Of a DNA stretch of 64,000 bases, positions 62,295 through 64,000 are shown one piece after another. The notes under the pieces are model-generated. The model did not search any database. It had not been told where the DNA came from and was given only the letters and a program-made list of their open reading frames with translations. Origin of the DNA: Octopus sinensis (Eukaryota); assembly GCF_006345805.1 (NCBI RefSeq), contig NC_042998.1:28954001-29018000 (forward strand), read 5' to 3'. The translations under genes and the position numbers were made by a program. Position 1 is the first letter of the stretch, and each line of letters begins with the position of its first letter.

Positions 62295-62500
62295 TATTTA
62301 CATTATTTACAGTTGACGGATATTTGTCCTCATCTTGTTTGTTGCTAACACAAACAAGACGAGGACAAATATCCATCAAATGTAAATAATGTACATAATT
62401 CCTCATCTGTTAAATATAGAACTGTATAAAACTAAAATCTATGGGAAATAACTCCATATATGTTTTAGTTTTATTAGAACTCATCAGTGGAGTTATATAC
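62295..62500. mobile_element. Inverted junction of PLE family A ends plus a degenerate hammerhead-like motif (62448-62496, minus)
   Basis: 62301-62342 pairs with 62350-62391; minus strand ATAACTCCA-CTGATGA-...-TGGAGTTAT gives a 9-bp stem I. Confidence 0.6.
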
Positions 62501-64000
62501 TTCATTATAGTTGTTGAAGTAGTGATGAAAGAATTACTAAGTGGAAGTACTATATTACATATGATAGGCATTAGAATTGGTATATTTAGAAATATAACTC
62601 TGATGGTAATTATTCGGAAAAGCTTTCAACATGAAAAACAATATTTTGTGTTGGCGGTATATTTAATGTAGTAGACATCAAAGAGCTAATAAAGAAATAA
62701 TCATGCAGTGAGAAGCAAAATAATATCGGTCATTGAAGTAATGTCGTCTTTTCCTAATTGCATAATTATTTTTAATTTTCTATTTGAAGACAATACTATT
62801 TCTGGAGATTCAAATAAACAAAATTATAGTCAAATAGTCTTCCTGAATTTTTTCAGTTTCCTTCTTTCTTAGCTTAACTGTTACTCTACTTTTTGTTTTG
62901 AGCATTTTATGGCCACAGCTATTTGTTTATTATATTCTATTATTTCTAATTAATTAGCCATAGTCAAAATGTTGACCTGAGTGGGTTGAAAGGAAAACTA
63001 GAATATGGGAAAATTTCAAAATAACAAACAAATAGAGTACTAAATTATTGGTTGAAAAACAATTCCAGTAGATTGGTATCTTTTTTTATTGAGGTACAAG
63101 TCAAAAATTTGTAAGATAATATTTTAGTCAATTATTTTGAACTAGTTTCAATTTTAGTGTGTATTCCATTGACCTGAGCATCAAAATATGAATGCAAAAT
63201 AAATGAGATACTATAATATTCTGAATAGAATATGATAAATATTTGATAAACGTTTATTTCTCACATTCATTAACATTAGAAAAGTCTTCATCAATAAAAT
63301 AATGGAGTTAAAAATGTGTAATATTGAAATGGTTAATGATTCAATTAATGTATAATTCAAATAAAGAGAAGAAAATAAGAAATAAAAATCTTACAATTTA
63401 GACTGAAATGACAAAAAGAAGAAAGAAAGGCGGATGAGAAACAGAGTAAGATAAGGGAGATAGGGAAGATAAGAATTCTTCAAAATCATATATTATGTAT
63501 GATTGCTTTGAAAACGGTGAATAAATGTGCTTGCATTTCCATTTCAGAATATTTTCTAGTAATGACAATGCAGAAAGCAAATATACAAAATTTACATCAT
63601 TAAATTTATAAATTTTTAGCTTACTTTATGGCGACATACAAATTGCATTAAGGTGAAAGATGATAAAAAGATAAACGTCATTAAAAGTGTAGAAAGCACC
63701 ATAATTATTATATCTCATTTAATCAAAGAGCCAGACATTTTAAACTTGAATAGAAATGCTAAATTGATTAAAACCTTCTTGTCTTACTGGTAGCTATATT
63801 ATCAATTTTGATGTATAAAAGCTTCACAGAGAGGAGGGAAAACATCCCTGGCTAAATTAGAACGTTGCTCCGGAAGGAAGGAAACACAATCTTAATATAT
63901 TACTTAGATACACAAGGCCAGTTTTTTGTAGAAGTGGGTTATAGGCATTTGCATTAAACCCTGGGTATTACATCTGTAAGATGTGGAATTAACAGGCTAA

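Noticed and set aside
53672-64000. Third complexin coding exon (expected YG/YN-KKK...CAAX-type end)
   Set aside because: Not found by eye; probably beyond the window end.

Overview
AT-rich, microsatellite-dense eukaryotic DNA, most likely octopus or another coleoid cephalopod (inferred from the complexin sequence and repeat families recalled from octopus genomes). The only host gene I can support is complexin (synaphin) on the + strand. Coding exon A (8800-8854, MAAFIAKQMVGDQLKSVK) splices across a 44,656-bp intron to coding exon B (53511-53671, AMGGDEG...RQSIRDK); I did not find the remaining exon(s) in the window. Nearly all other ORFs in the track are repeat or microsatellite artefacts. 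The rest is mobile DNA: several SINE-like families, R4/Dong-type non-LTR fragments in (TAA)n, RTE, CR1 and mariner relics, hAT- and piggyBac-like MITEs, and fold-back elements. The most notable hidden layer is about 12 minimal type I hammerhead ribozyme motifs of the Penelope-like (PLE) kind, from roughly 7 sequence families. Two have intact catalytic cores (18289-18334 and 33525-33580, both antisense to complexin), and one lies in a tandem array with a 220-nt spacing. The tandem unit of the (GAT)n-tailed retroposon also folds on paper as a compact H-type pseudoknot. Repeat boundaries were read by eye and are approximate (about +/-20 bp); no database searches or folding programs were run.
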